Source of the DNA: Octopus bimaculoides
Taxonomy: Eukaryota
Assembly: GCF_001194135.2 (NCBI RefSeq)
Contig: NC_068983.1
Location: forward strand, 105,798,788-105,862,787
Direction of reading: 5' to 3'
Length of the DNA: 64,000 nt
Both the position numbers and the translations under genes were made by a program. Of the stretch, positions 35,646 through 46,584 are shown piece by piece. The first letter of the stretch is position 1. Each line of letters starts with the position of its first letter. The notes below the pieces were generated by a model that ran no database searches, was not told the DNA's origin, and worked only from the letters and a program-made list of their open reading frames with translations.

Positions 35646-38600
35646 CTGTGTTTGTCCCCCCAACATCGCTTGACAACCAATGGTGGTGTGTTTTCGTCCC
35701 TGTAACTTAGCAGNNNNNNNNNNNNNNNNNNNNNNNNNNNNNNNNNNNNNNNNNNNNNNNNNNNNNNNNNNNNNNNNNNNNNNNNNNNNNNNNNNNNNNN
35801 NNNNNNNNNNNNNNNNNNNNNNNNNNNNNNNNNNNNNNNNNNNATGTGCTAATTAAACTAATTTTAAAAATTTCTAGTTGATCAGAGTTTTACTTCCAAG
35901 AGACAAAGAACTGGTTGAAATTAGATAAACAGTCTTTCAGATTATCTGAAAAATGTATTCATTGTATTTATTCAATGGATACCAACAGTACAAAAGAGAC
36001 TGAAACAATAAAGATTTTTTTTCTTTTTGAAATGGCTTAGGATATTTTTTAAATGAAAAGTAGACATACTATAGGTGCAGGCATGGCTGTGTGGATAAGA
36101 AACTTGCTTTGCAGCTAAATGGTTTTAGGTTCAATCCGATTTTGTAGCACCTTGTGCAAGTGTCTTCTACTATAGCTCCAGGCTATAGTGACTTGTGAGT
36201 GAATTTGTTAGATGGAAACTGTAGAAGCCTGTCATATATATGTGTGTCTATGTGTCTCTGTATTTGTGTATGGCCTCCCTATCACTATTTGACAACTGGT
36301 GTTGGTTTGCTTATATCCTTGTAACTTAGCAGATTTGCCAAAAGAGACCAACAGACTTAAAAAGAATAAGTACTGGGGTCGAGTTGTTCAATTAAACCCT
36401 TCAATGTGGTGCCCCAGCATGGTCGCAGCCCAATGACTGAAACAAGTAAAAGATAAAATGTGATCAATTGAATGATCCCTATTATATTATTAACACGTTT
36501 TATCTATTTTCGATGTATGAAAGGCAGTGTGAAGCTTGGTGAAATCAAAACTCATAAATTAAAGGCACTGAGCTTGGTACCATAGAAATCTATGTCTCTT
36601 GCGTCAGTGTCATTAAGCCAACACTGATGATTTGAGGAATGAGAAGTAGCAGTGAGTCAACTAGTATGATGCTAGGCCTCAGATGTGATTATATCAATTC
36701 TGTTATTGAGCTATCCAACTCTTATCATCATCATCATTTAACGTCCGCTTTCCATGCTAGCATGGGTTGGACGATTTGACTGAGGACTGGTGAAACCAGA
36801 TGGCTACACCAGGCTCCAATCTGATTTGGCAGAGTTTCTACAGCTGGATGCCCTTCCTAACGCCAACCACTCAGAGAGTGTAGTGGGTGCTTTTACGTGT
36901 CACCGGCACGAAGGCCAGTCAGGGGGTACTGGCAACAGCCACGCTCAAAATGGTGTATTTTATGTGCCACCTGCACCAGAGCCAGTCCAGGGGCACTGGC
37001 AACGATCTTGCTCGAAAGTCCTTACACGTGCCACGGGCACAAGTGCCAGAAAGGCGACGCTGTGCATAGGTGCCATCACAATTTCGCTTTCGCTTGCCCC
37101 AACAGGTCTTTGCAAGCAGAATTTCGTATCCAATGAAGGAGACGACGTTGGCATGGGTGCCAGTCATTGAATTTAGTTCGATTTCGATAAAAAAGCATCA
37201 TTATCATCCTCCTTTAATGTCCACTTTTCATGCTGGCTTAAGTTGGATGGTTTGACCACAACTAGCAAGCAGGAGAGCTGCACCAGTTCCTGAATGGGAA
37301 GGAAAAATGTACATTGAAATAATGCGACTGATTTGAAATCACTAATCTTGAAATAATTATTACCTTGTCAGTCTATGTAATATACCATATATGAATGTAT
37401 TTATTTCCACAGCTGCAATTTTTTCTCAACCAACGCTTAAATGAACTCCAAGAGCCTGTGAATACCCTGAGTATGAGTCAGTTTGAAAATGCATCACAGG
37501 ATATCCTTCTGTCACCTCAAGAAATCTCTTCAATGATAAATCTAGTAAAAACAGCCTGGAACCTCTTTGCTTTAGAACACACAAAGCATTTATTGCAAAT
37601 TAAACGATCTCCAAAGTAAGAACATGCCTTCGTTTTGTTGTTTCATTCTGTACATTCTATGCTAACATTCATCATCATCATCATACGTCCATTTTCCATG
37701 TTGACATGGGTTGGACATTTTATATATATATATATATATATATTACGGAGATGTACTTGCATAGCAAGTGACCTGATGCAGCACAGAATTTTGTCAGTGA
37801 ACAGGTCGCAGTCTCAAAGCAACGAAAATATTTTGACAAATTAAATTTAAATGTTGAAGTGAATCTAATGGTCTTTGTGTGTTATTTCAAATGGCTTATA
37901 AACACCATCCACGCTGCAATTGTGTGTGTGTGTGTATATATATATGTATATATATATATACACATATTTAATCAAACTTTAATCTTGAAATTTGTATTTT
38001 TATCTCTGTTAGTTTCCTATAATTAGATGCTAAAACCATATATTAAGTTAGCTATCAACAAACATTTCACCTAAAAGGTATTTCTTTAGAATAAAATATT
38101 CATCATATTGCCTGAAAACTCTATCTGCTCTCAAGTGAAAAAGTAAATAGAGACAATTCGACATTTGATAGAGTTATCTACCTTATGTAAAATCGCCTGT
38201 TGTGATGTTATATAATAGGCTCTGCTTGAGATGCTGAGAAAAATTTGTGGATGGTGTAAATATCAGGACAATATTCTGTAGCTCTGTATGTCACAGAAAC
38301 TTCAGCAAGGTAAAAATTATCTCAGAAATTCATTCAACAAAAATACAGTTATAATATCATATGTGTTTGTTGAATAAGAGTGTGGAGATAATGTGAAAAT
38401 TGAAGGACATTGATAATCTTTGATTGGAAAAAAAAAAACAAGTCAGGAATGGTAGAATATGTATGGAGAAAATGTTTCTAGGTTTTAGAGAGTATCCTAA
38501 AAAATTTTGGTTACACGTCCCAGATATCATCTTCATCTGGTTATATCGGTGGAAGTTGTACAACCGTGAAATAGGAAGTATGTCTATTTTTAATCTTATT

Positions 38601-41050
38601 CACCTGTCATATAAATTAATTTCAAGTTTTGGCACAAGGCCGGCATTTTTGGGCATGGGAGCAAGTCAATTGCATCAACCCTGGTACTCAAAAAGGTATT
38701 TATTTTATCGATCCTGAAAGGATGAAAGGCAAAGTTGACATCTGTGGAATTTGAACTCAGAAATGAAGACAGATGAAATGCCGCTAAGCATTTCACCCAA
38801 CTTGCTAATGATTCTTCCAGCTCACTGCCTTACATTCATATAAATTGGGATATAGATTGGATTATTACACCAATATTCCACCTCTTAGGCTCTTGTCACT
38901 TTTATTTGCTTAGTGTTTTTACTTCCTGCTCTACTTGATCTTTGAGGAGGCGCAATGGCCCAGTGGTTAGGGCAGCAGACTCGCGGTCATAGGATCGCGG
39001 TTTCGATTCCCAGACCGGGCGTTGTGAGTGTTTATTGAGTGAAAACACCTAAAGCTCCATGAGGCTCTGGCAGGGGATGGTGGCGAACCCTGCTGTACTC
39101 TTTCACCACAACTTTCTCTCACTCTTACTTCCTGTTTCTTTAGTGCCTGTAATTCAAAGGGTCAGCCTTGTCACACTGTGTCACGCTGAATATCCCCGAG
39201 AACTACGTTAAGGGTACACGTGTCTGTGGAGTGCTCAGCCACTGGCACGTTAATTTCACGAGCAGGCTGTTCCGTTGATCGGATCAACTGAAACCCTCGA
39301 CGTCGTAAGCGACGGAGTGCCAACAACAAAACTTGATCTTTGATAGTGCCAGCTTATCCCTGTGTCAATCATTCTTCCAACAGTACTCATTAAATTTAGT
39401 CTAAGTTTATAAAAGTAACTGAGAAATAAATAATGTTTCATTATTTTTCAGGTATGTTGAAAGATTGGAAGAGAGTTTACGACAAAACCTGATTCTAGCA
39501 GATAAGATGGTCTTTCAAGAAAAGGAAATGGCAAGGAGAAGACAAGAAGCCCAAAGAGAAGAAGGAGAGCTACAACCAAAACTTGATGCCTTACGGAGTG
39601 AAACAAAAGAGCTTAAAAAACAGGTAAGGATCAAAAATATTAGTATACAGTTTATATATGCAGCTTGTATCATCTACATACATTACACAGGCATGGCTAT
39701 TGGTAACAAAGTTTACTTCATAACCACATGTTTTAAGGTCTATCCCACTGTATGGCACCTTGAGTAAGTGTCTTCTACTATAGCCTCTTTGGACTGACCA
39801 ATATTTTGGGAGTAAAAATTGGTAAATGGAAACTGTACTGAAACCTGTTATATGTGTGATGTGTGTGTATGTGTGTGTGTGTGTGTGTGTGTGTATTGCT
39901 ATAGGAAGGGTTGATCTTGCAGAAAGCTATAGTGTCTGACTTCTTGGTTTGACCTGGACTAAGGATCTCTTTTGGAACAAATATGTTCAGCTTATTGCCA
40001 TGTCACCTGCCAAGAAGGTTGGATCTTTTTTTCCATGCTCACAAATTTCTTATGCCTGAGAATAGCTTGAATCCCTATAAGGCCACTATTCAACCTTACA
40101 TTGAATATTGGTGTCATTTTTGGGCTGATGTCTCCTCTAGTAACCTTAATAACTTGCTTGATCAAATTCAGAATTGTGTTGTTAACATGGTGAGTCCTCT
40201 TCTTTTTGCTAGGTTGGAGTCTTTGGCCCATCATCGAAATGTAGTGATGATGTTTCTCACCTGGTACCCTCTGTCAGGACCTTTAAACTTGTTACCTGCC
40301 TCTTTTTCCAGTCATATCATTTCTATATCAGGTTTCCTATTAAGCATAATTTCTTTAATTCTAATAGCTTCTTTCCTCCAACTGCTGTTCTCTGGAACTC
40401 ACTACCAATGTTTTGTTTTCTTCAGCCCTATGATATTCATTTCTTTAAGCTTTCTATCGATCAACATTTTTTGAATATGTAGGCCTCTTCTTTTTTTTTT
40501 CTATATCTTTTGTTTGTTTTGTAGTCCCTTATGCTATTGTGACTGCAAGCCTTGTTTGGGACAAATTCATTAAAAAAAACAAAGAAAAAACACTCACATG
40601 CATGTATGTGTGTGTGCGTGTTCATTTTTGTCTGTCTTCATATGATACCATTTGGGTGGTGATGATGTTTGGCTGTTTCAGTATGTGAAGACAAGTCAAA
40701 TAAAAGTGCCTAACTTGAAATATGGGTAAGATTAGCAACAGTAAGGATGTCCAGCCATAGGATACTGCTTCAATAATTCTTGTCCAACACATACCAGCTT
40801 GGAAAAACAAATGAACAAAGTTATTAAAACTCCAAAATTTACACCATATGTGAAAGTCAAAGATAAATTCAAGTTAATAAAATGAATAGCAGTTTCTGAA
40901 CATATTCTTTTTGTTATGAAGATGAAAATAATTTTAGAGATGAGAGAAAATAATAAATGTGCTTTCTTTTCTTTTCAGATTGAAGGTGAAGTGTCCAAGA
41001 AATACAAAAACAGAGTTGTCAACATTATAGGAGAAATTAATGTTATTTGA
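15710..41050 (+). CDS. CDK5RAP3: CDK5 regulatory subunit-associated protein 3 (C53/LZAP; UFM1 E3-complex adaptor), complete, 14 coding exons, 510 aa
   Basis: Exon lengths 61+132+104+49+89+90+137+163+99+76+86+203+172+72=1533 nt, open frame throughout. Hallmarks: LPIDIHYNKLTDWLINRRHC, RNVNYEIP, KGNCSVYEWRTG, IDWG motifs, GVARGNDALTVLE, SPKYVERL, EGEVSKKYKNRVVNIIG. Confidence 0.97.
17580..17755. mobile_element. piggyBac-type MITE
   Basis: TTAA-CCCTT...TGCTAAAGGG-TTAA. Confidence 0.8.
17893..18024 (+). CDS. CDK5RAP3: CDK5RAP3 coding exon 2 (DWLINRRHC...IMKNS)
   Basis: tgtag acceptor, gtaagt donor, 132 nt, phase 1-1. Confidence 0.95.
18106..18960 (-). mobile_element. Tc1/mariner DD37D (maT-like) transposase relic
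   Basis: Minus-strand fragments PQTPMVF, YVYQQDSAPCHTS, PMDYYVWSAV; cagggtgtttggg terminus at 18106; stops and frameshifts. Confidence 0.85.
19715..20962 (-). mobile_element. Full-length (1248 bp) inactive mariner with TIRs and TA TSD
   Basis: TIR tcaggtcattaaga(g/a)tgaaatgtccaatttt at both ends, flanked by TA. ORF pieces IVMFDEKWILF, PILLQGNAQPH, HPPYSPNLGPTDYHVF; frameshifted. Confidence 0.95.
21096..21199 (+). CDS. CDK5RAP3: CDK5RAP3 coding exon 3 (KITYFHVKEI...NELTK)
   Basis: AAG acceptor (first AG after the pyrimidine tract), gtgatt donor, 104 nt. Confidence 0.9.
22682..22730 (+). CDS. CDK5RAP3: CDK5RAP3 coding exon 4 (AWSEILNLYEKNNLYL)
   Basis: tttag acceptor, gtaagt donor, 49 nt. 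Confidence 0.95.
23238..23326 (+). CDS. CDK5RAP3: CDK5RAP3 coding exon 5 (AESGQIMSRNVNYEIPCLKRQIARCQQIEK)
   Basis: aaccag acceptor, gttatc donor, 89 nt. Confidence 0.95.
23583..24195 (+). mobile_element. CORE-type tRNA-derived SINE (octopus OR2-like; family assignment unverified) with internal (TA)n/gap
   Basis: A/B-box-like head, caccttgggcaagtg CORE-like motif, (AT)n linker, tail gaaacaagtaaaagagtaaaagag. Further copies near 1, 30300, 31190, 31660, 35510, 36072, 39660, 49718, 52628 and 59560. Confidence 0.8.
25679..25768 (+). CDS. CDK5RAP3: CDK5RAP3 coding exon 6 (DCFKKE...SCKKYGIK)
   Basis: aatag acceptor, gtaaga donor, 90 nt. Confidence 0.93.
26265..26548. mobile_element. hAT-type MITE (16-bp perfect TIR, 8-bp TSD) nested in a tRNA SINE
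   Basis: caggggttttcaaact / agtttgaaaacccctg; TSD CTCTAGTT at 26257-26264 and 26549-26556. Confidence 0.92.
26640..27300 (-). mobile_element. RTE LINE 3' fragment
   Basis: ORFs 27014-27250 (GFCYLG...ARARLGWVKFRE...KGKVYRICVRAAMLYG) and 26812-27024 (RAMVREMCGV...QWYEHVLRRD); (GAT)n tail at about 26630. Confidence 0.9.
28081..28217 (+). CDS. CDK5RAP3: CDK5RAP3 coding exon 7 (GDKIKVELFELAKELP...FIVE)
   Basis: ttgcag acceptor, gtcagt donor, 137 nt. Confidence 0.93.
29200..29900 (+). mobile_element. Non-autonomous RTE-tailed repeat with internal tandem ggcacgtaaaa units and (GAT)n tail
   Basis: 3' end ggaagggcatcc...ccaacccatgctagcatggaaagcggac...gatgatgat. Sister copies at 30563-30754, 36724-37170 (-), 45130-45780 (-), 55040-55282, 14690-14950 and 24600-24800. 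Confidence 0.8.
30065..30227 (+). CDS. CDK5RAP3: CDK5RAP3 coding exon 8 (…KGNCSVYEWRTG…)
   Basis: ttgtag acceptor, gtaaat donor, 163 nt; lies within ORF 30036..30272. Confidence 0.93.
32346..32444 (+). CDS. CDK5RAP3: CDK5RAP3 coding exon 9 (IDWGNIEE...IDFDMSQITVESSENNE)
   Basis: tttag acceptor, gtagga donor, 99 nt, phase 0-0. Confidence 0.92.
32980..33055 (+). CDS. CDK5RAP3: CDK5RAP3 coding exon 10 (KNGEIDWGDDTETT...KIT)
   Basis: taacag acceptor, gtttgt donor, 76 nt. Confidence 0.9.
33088..33165 (+). repeat. 26-bp minisatellite, 3 copies (ctaatcttcgtctctagtcctgaatg)
   Basis: Direct inspection; begins about 33 nt after the exon 10 donor. Confidence 0.9.
34695..34780 (+). CDS. CDK5RAP3: CDK5RAP3 coding exon 11 (ENGVARGNDALTVLE...LME)
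   Basis: tttag acceptor, gtaaaa donor, 86 nt. Confidence 0.95.
34916..35180 (+). mobile_element. tRNA-headed SINE with Penelope-like tail, inserted in a piggyBac MITE (34813-35320)
   Basis: A box tggcgtagtggtt, B box gagttcaattc, (AAT)n, hammerhead-like tail; MITE halves lie on both sides. Confidence 0.8.
35074..35119 (+). ncRNA. Candidate minimal type I hammerhead ribozyme
   Basis: GACGC-CUGACGA-A-GGCUG(10-nt loop)CAGCC-GAAAC-GUU-GUGUU. Confidence 0.55.
37413..37615 (+). CDS. CDK5RAP3: CDK5RAP3 coding exon 12 (LQFFLNQRLNEL...IKRSP)
   Basis: ccacag acceptor, gtaaga donor, 203 nt. Confidence 0.95.
38946..39330 (+). mobile_element. Full-length tRNA-derived SINE, (CAA)n tail, 13-bp TSD
   Basis: A box tggcccagtggtt, B box gtttcgattcc; TSD ACTTGATCTTTGA at 38933-38945 and 39331-39343. 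Confidence 0.92.
39452..39623 (+). CDS. CDK5RAP3: CDK5RAP3 coding exon 13 (KYVERLEESL...ELKKQ)
   Basis: tttcag acceptor, gtaagg donor, 172 nt. Confidence 0.95.
39960..40450 (+). mobile_element. CR1/L2-type LINE 3' fragment
   Basis: ORF 39983-40474: YKATIQPYIEYWCHFW...LDQIQN...LESLAHHRNV. Confidence 0.8.
40979..41050 (+). CDS. CDK5RAP3: CDK5RAP3 coding exon 14 (IEGEVSKKYKNRVVNIIGEINVI*)
   Basis: tttcag acceptor; TGA at 41048-41050. Confidence 0.95.
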   Translation: MEGEVSKKYKNRVVNIIGEINVI

Positions 41051-41206
41051 GAATAACCAAAGCTGTTGTTATGATCATTGTTTTTCTGAGAAAGGATATT
41101 CTCTTAAATGACCAATTAAATATTATATTAACAACTTAGAATGATTCAAAGAGTTATTAATGATTTATGAATGAGATTAGTTATTATTTAATCCCGATTA
41201 AGTTGT

Positions 41207-41588
41207 GGAGGTGCAATGGCCCAGTGATTAGGGTTGCGGACTCGCGGTCATAGGATCGCGGTTTCGATTCCCAGACCGGGCATTGTGAGTGTTTATTGAG
41301 TGAAAACACCTAAAGCTCCACCAGGCTCTGGCAGGGGATGGTGGCGAACCTTGCTGTACTCTTTCACCACAACTTTCTCTCACTCTTTCTTCCTGTTTCT
41401 GTTGTGCCTGTAATTCAAAGGGTCAGCCTTGTCACATTGTGTCACGCTGAATATCCCCGAGAACTACGTTAAGGGTACATGTGTCTGTGGAGTGCTTAGC
41501 CACTTGCATGTTAATTTCACGAGCAGACTGTTCCGTTGATTGGATCAACTGGAACCCTCGACGTCGTAAGCGACGGAGTGCCAACAAC
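41207..41588 (+). mobile_element. Full-length tRNA-derived SINE (same family as 38946), 14-bp TSD, about 155 nt after the CDK5RAP3 stop
   Basis: TSD AATCCCGATTAAGT at 41190-41203 and 41589-41602. Confidence 0.92.
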
Positions 41589-42146
41589 AATCCCGATTAA
41601 GTAGTCTTTTAACCGAAAGTGTTCTATCAGTGACCATTCTGTCTGTTTTGCATCTCTACTTTGTCTAATATATCTTTCCATTTTTAAAATAGGTAAGAGG
41701 GGATTTGAGGGAGATTTAGTTGCTATTTCTTGCTGCCGAATGACTGCATAGTGAAAGTCTTTGTTGGCTCATCTGTAGATGAGGTGGTTTCCCTTCAGCA
41801 CAATTTTTAGTTAACTTATTGGATATGGGAGGTATTGCTGGATTTTAAGTGCAAGCATAGCTTTGTTGATAAGAAGTTTGCTTTCCAACCATGTTGTTTC
41901 AGGTTGAGTCCCACTGCATTTCACCTTGGAAATTCAGGGTTGATAAAGTAAGGTACTCGTCTAGAGTAATGGATCAGCAGAATTGTAAGGGTGTTGGACA
42001 GGATGCCTTTTAGCATCTGAACTTTATTTTTTTATTATACTTTTCTCTTGGACAACATCAGTGACAAGGAGAGTTCAAGTGAGAATATGTATATGTGTGT
42101 ATGTGTGTGCGTATATTTATATATATGTGTGTGTGTGTAACATGCA

Positions 42147-42424
42147 CATACACACACACACACACACATCATCATCATCATCATCGTCGTCATTTAACGT
42201 TCCTTTTCCATGCTGGCATGGGTTGGACGGTTCAACTGGGGTCTGGGAAGCCAGGAGGCTGCACCAAACACCAATCTGATCTGGCAGTGTTTCAGATCAG
42301 ATTGGAGCCTGGTGCAGCCTCCTAGCTTCCCAGACCCCAGTTGAACCTTCCAACGCATGCCAGCACGGAAAACGGACGTTAAACGATGATGATGATGATG
42401 TGTGTGTGTGTGTGTGTGTGTATG
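42147..42424. repeat. Inverted pair of RTE-tail repeat ends forming an approximately 135-bp-arm hairpin
   Basis: ccaatctgatctg-gcagtgttt-cagatcagattgg centre; (CA)n(CAT)n / (GAT)n(GT)n outer arms. Confidence 0.88.
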
Positions 42425-43444
42425 AATACACACACATATATATCTATCTGTCTATCTACCTATATCTATATATATCTATACACACGCACATACATGAAAA
42501 TATCTGTAAGAAAAGTTGCTGATCAATATGAATTGGTTTTGGAAAACTTATTTCTGTGATACAACAAAAGATGATTTTTATTAAACTAGCAAAACCTTTA
42601 AAGGATAGTCACTAAAATACTGAGAGTTGGTCTTAGTCTGTGAGGAAATTAATCTCTAATCTTGCGCATAAAATTTTCTTGTGTTTTACTCAGTTTAGCT
42701 GCCTCACAATCAATGTAAAATATGAGCCAAAGAAAGAATGTGTGACCTGCTTAATATAGCAGATAAATCTCTCTTTCAGGTATATATCTTATACTGTATG
42801 AGAGGAAAAGCAGATTGAGTAGTGTAGTCTTTTTCTTTTGCTTTTGGTCAGGTTAGAGGAGCTATACTTATGACCTTTGCAACCTCTCCAAGACTGGTAA
42901 AACTGATGTGGTTTGCATTGCATTAAGACTGAATGTCTAAGTTTTGATGTCTTTAAGAAAATCATTGTCAAGAAGGGAATTACAGTTGATATTCTGGGAA
43001 GAAAAGACTAGAGGAAATGATTAGTGTAAGGCTAGAAGTGAGATATAGTAGAGGTAATGAGAAGCAAAGAGGGACTAAGCATAAGGACGGACTGGGAATC
43101 TAACCTGTTTAGAAGTAGGAGTCAAAACTCCAATAAACCACCATTAGCACTGAAAATATGACAGAGAGCAACAGTAATCGGGCAAACGGTTAAAGAATTA
43201 AAAACATACCATTATAGATAATGGTATGTTTTAATTCTTAACCATTCACCTGCTTATATATATATTACATATGTGGGAAATTCTGTCTATGGGTGGAATT
43301 GTTAGCTAACTCCTACATCGTTTTATCGATTTTGATGAAACTTGACACGTGAGTAGAACTCATGCCTGGAAACCTCATGGCATACTCAGATTGTTGAAAA
43401 AAAAAAAAATCGATAATGGGGCCCCTGGAAGGGATCCTTATATA

Positions 43445-43583
43445 CAGGGTGAGCCAAAAGTAGGTGGACAGTATTTGGAATAGGTTTATGTATCAGTTAT
43501 ATTAATGCAATTGTTTATTATAACTATGTTGCAACTATGTTTTTTGTGTTTTTTTACTGTCCACCTACTTTTGGCTCACCCTG
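43445..43583. mobile_element. Tc1/mariner-type MITE (139 bp, 29-bp perfect TIR, TA TSD)
   Basis: cagggtgagccaaaagtaggtggacagta / tactgtccacctacttttggctcaccctg. Confidence 0.92.
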
Positions 43584-44743
43584 TATATCTAATATATTTT
43601 ATTTTAAAAACCAAGGGAAATAACCCATTTGCCCATTCATTTTCCTAAATTATTTGGTATAAATTAAATTGAATATGCTTATTCCTTAGTATTTGAACTG
43701 TTAGAGTTATTTTCGCAATTTATCCAGTACAACCCTTAAACAAGTAAATAATATTTTCCTAAACAATAGATCCACTTATTTCGGTTAGTGACTTATTCAC
43801 AAATATACCAACACTAGCGCTCCTGAGGTTAATATTCTGTGGGAACGCACAGAAGCCCTTTTCAGAGTTATTTATTTTGAACTGTTATTATCTCATATCT
43901 GATTAGCCTGTTATTACGTAACATGCTTCACGATTTTAGTATACATACCTTATTAGTATTTCATCCTAAGTTCTATGTACTCTGAGAATGCATTAAAGCC
44001 CTTTTGGGGGCTACTTTATTTGAATTCTTACTATCGGGTAACTAATTTCATGTTATTAAATAACTGACTTCACAATTTGGATATTCATAACTTATTGGGA
44101 ATTCCTAAAACCAAGATCCTATGTAAGATAGTTCAGTATTCTCTGTAAATGCACAAAAACCGCACATACATCTATATGCGCACATACCCACACACACGCA
44201 CACATTCACAAGTGCGCACATAAGGTTCCATGTACGTGTCTATAGACGCACAGGAAAAAAAACAGGGTGGAGGGGAGAAAACAGAAAAATATGTGTGGAA
44301 AAAATACAAAACATTAAAATATTAAAAAAATGAAAAATATATTAAAAAAATATAAAAAATCCAAGTAAAAAGTATAGAAGGATAAAAAGCTTATACATAG
44401 ACACAATATAGAAAGCAAGTCCTATCAGTAAACTCAGGGGGACCAAAAACGTAGCAAATATTTAGCCACATGTGGACATGATCTGGAAAGTTCAGTCTTT
44501 GAATTTAGACATGTGACGGGGTCTAAGCTGCCTTTCCAGATGAGCCATCTCTCCATATCACATAGACCGCACCTTCCGCTGCCACTGGTGTAAGGTTTAC
44601 ACTTGGCTAAGATCTTTCAAGATCTATATTTAATTTATTATTGAATTATACCAATATTTATATGGTATCCAAATGAAGTACCAGTGAATTGGATGTTTAA
44701 CACACTCCTTTGAAAGATTTCTTTTCTACAGTTTGTTACTGTA

Positions 44744-44774
<31 letters not shown>

Positions 44775-46056
44775 AGATATAGATATAGATATAGATATAT
44801 AGATATATNNNNNNNNNNNNNNNNNNNNNNNNNNNNNNNNNNNNNNNNNNNNNNNNNNNNNNNNNNNNNNNNNNNNNNNNNNNNNNNNNNNNNNNNNNNN
44901 NNNNNNNNNNNNNNNNNNNNNNNNNNNNNNNNNNNNNNNNNNNNNNNNNNNNNNNNNNNNNNNNNNNNNNNNNNNNNNNNNNNNNNNNNNNNNNNNNNNN
45001 NNNNNNNNNNNNNNNNNNNNNNNNNNNNNNNNNNNNNNNNNNNNNNNNNNNNNNNNNNNNNNNNNNNNNNNNNNNNNNNNNNNNNNNNNNNNNNNNTATA
45101 TATATATATATGTATGTATTTATATGTATATATCATCATCATCATCGTTTAACGTCCGCTTTCCATGCTAGCATGGGTTGGACGATTTGACTGAGGACTG
45201 GCAAGCCAGAAGGCTGCACCAGGCTCCAATCTGATCTGGCAGAGTTTCTACAGCTGGATGCCCTTCCTAACACCAACAACTCCGAGAGTGTAGTGGGTGC
45301 TTTTATGTGCCACCGGCACGAGGGCCAGTCACAAAGGACTGGCAACGGCCATGTTCAAAAGGTGTTTTTTACGTGCCACCTGGACTGGAGCCAGTCCAGC
45401 AGCACTGGCAACGACCTCGCTTGAATGATTTTCTAACATGCCACTAGCACAAGTGCTAGAAGGCAACGCTGGTAATGATTACGCTCAAATGGTGCTATTT
45501 ACGGGCCACTAGAATGGAATGAACTGGCAATGAACACGCTCGACAGTGCTGTTAGTGCTCCACTGGCACAGTGACCAGTCATCGAGTATGGTTCAATTTT
45601 GATTTCACTTGCTCCAACAGGTCTTCGCAAGCAGAGTTTAGTGTCCAATGAAGGAGAGGTTGGCATGGCTGCCAGTCGTCGGATTTGGTTCAATTTCGAT
45701 TTCAGATTCAAATTTCAAATTCCAAATTCCAAATTCACTTGCCTCAACAGGTCTTCGCAAGCAGGGTTTTTAGTGTCCAATGAAGAAAAGATACAGATTA
45801 GTGAGCTGGCTATATAATATATATATATATGTATATGTATTTATATGTATAGTGCATGTATGTATATATATATATATATGTATGTATGTATATATAAAAT
45901 ATGCTGCTTTATTTAGAGATTGCGAATTAGCAATACTCTCAGATAAAATGCAGGCAGGAGTTGTAGTGCTCCAATTGAGCTAAATTCCGTTTAATAATTC
46001 GAATGGAGGCAAAGTAAGTGGAAAACTAGAGGAACATATATGTATGTATATATGTA

Positions 46057-46087
<31 letters not shown>

Positions 46088-46467
46088 ATATATATATATA
46101 TNNNNNNNNNNNNNNNNNNNNNNNNNNNNNNNNNNNNNNNNNNNNNNNNNNNNNNNNNNNNNNNNNNNNNNNNNNNNNNNNNNNNNNNNNNNNNNNNNNN
46201 NNNNNNNNNNNNNNNNNNNNNNNNNNNNNNNNNNNNNNNNNNNNNNNNNNNNNNNNNNNNNNNNNNNNNNNNNNNNNNNNNNNNNNNNNNNNNNNNNNNN
46301 NNNNNNNNNNNNNNNNNNNNNNNNNTATATATATGTATATGTATATGAGTGTATATATATGTGTATATATATATATGTGTGTGTGTGTATATATATGTGT
46401 GTGTATGTATGTATATATGTGTGTATATGTATATATATATATGCGTGTGTGTGTGTGTATATATATA

Positions 46468-46519
<52 letters not shown>

Positions 46520-46584
46520 CTAGTTTCAGCTCACGAACTGTGGCCATGTTGGGGCACCGCCATTTGGTGTTGCTACATAATTTT

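Noticed and set aside
38946-39020. tRNA-like sequences here and at 34916, 41207 and 23583
   Set aside because: They are SINE heads continuing into repeat bodies with tails and TSDs, not stand-alone tRNA genes.
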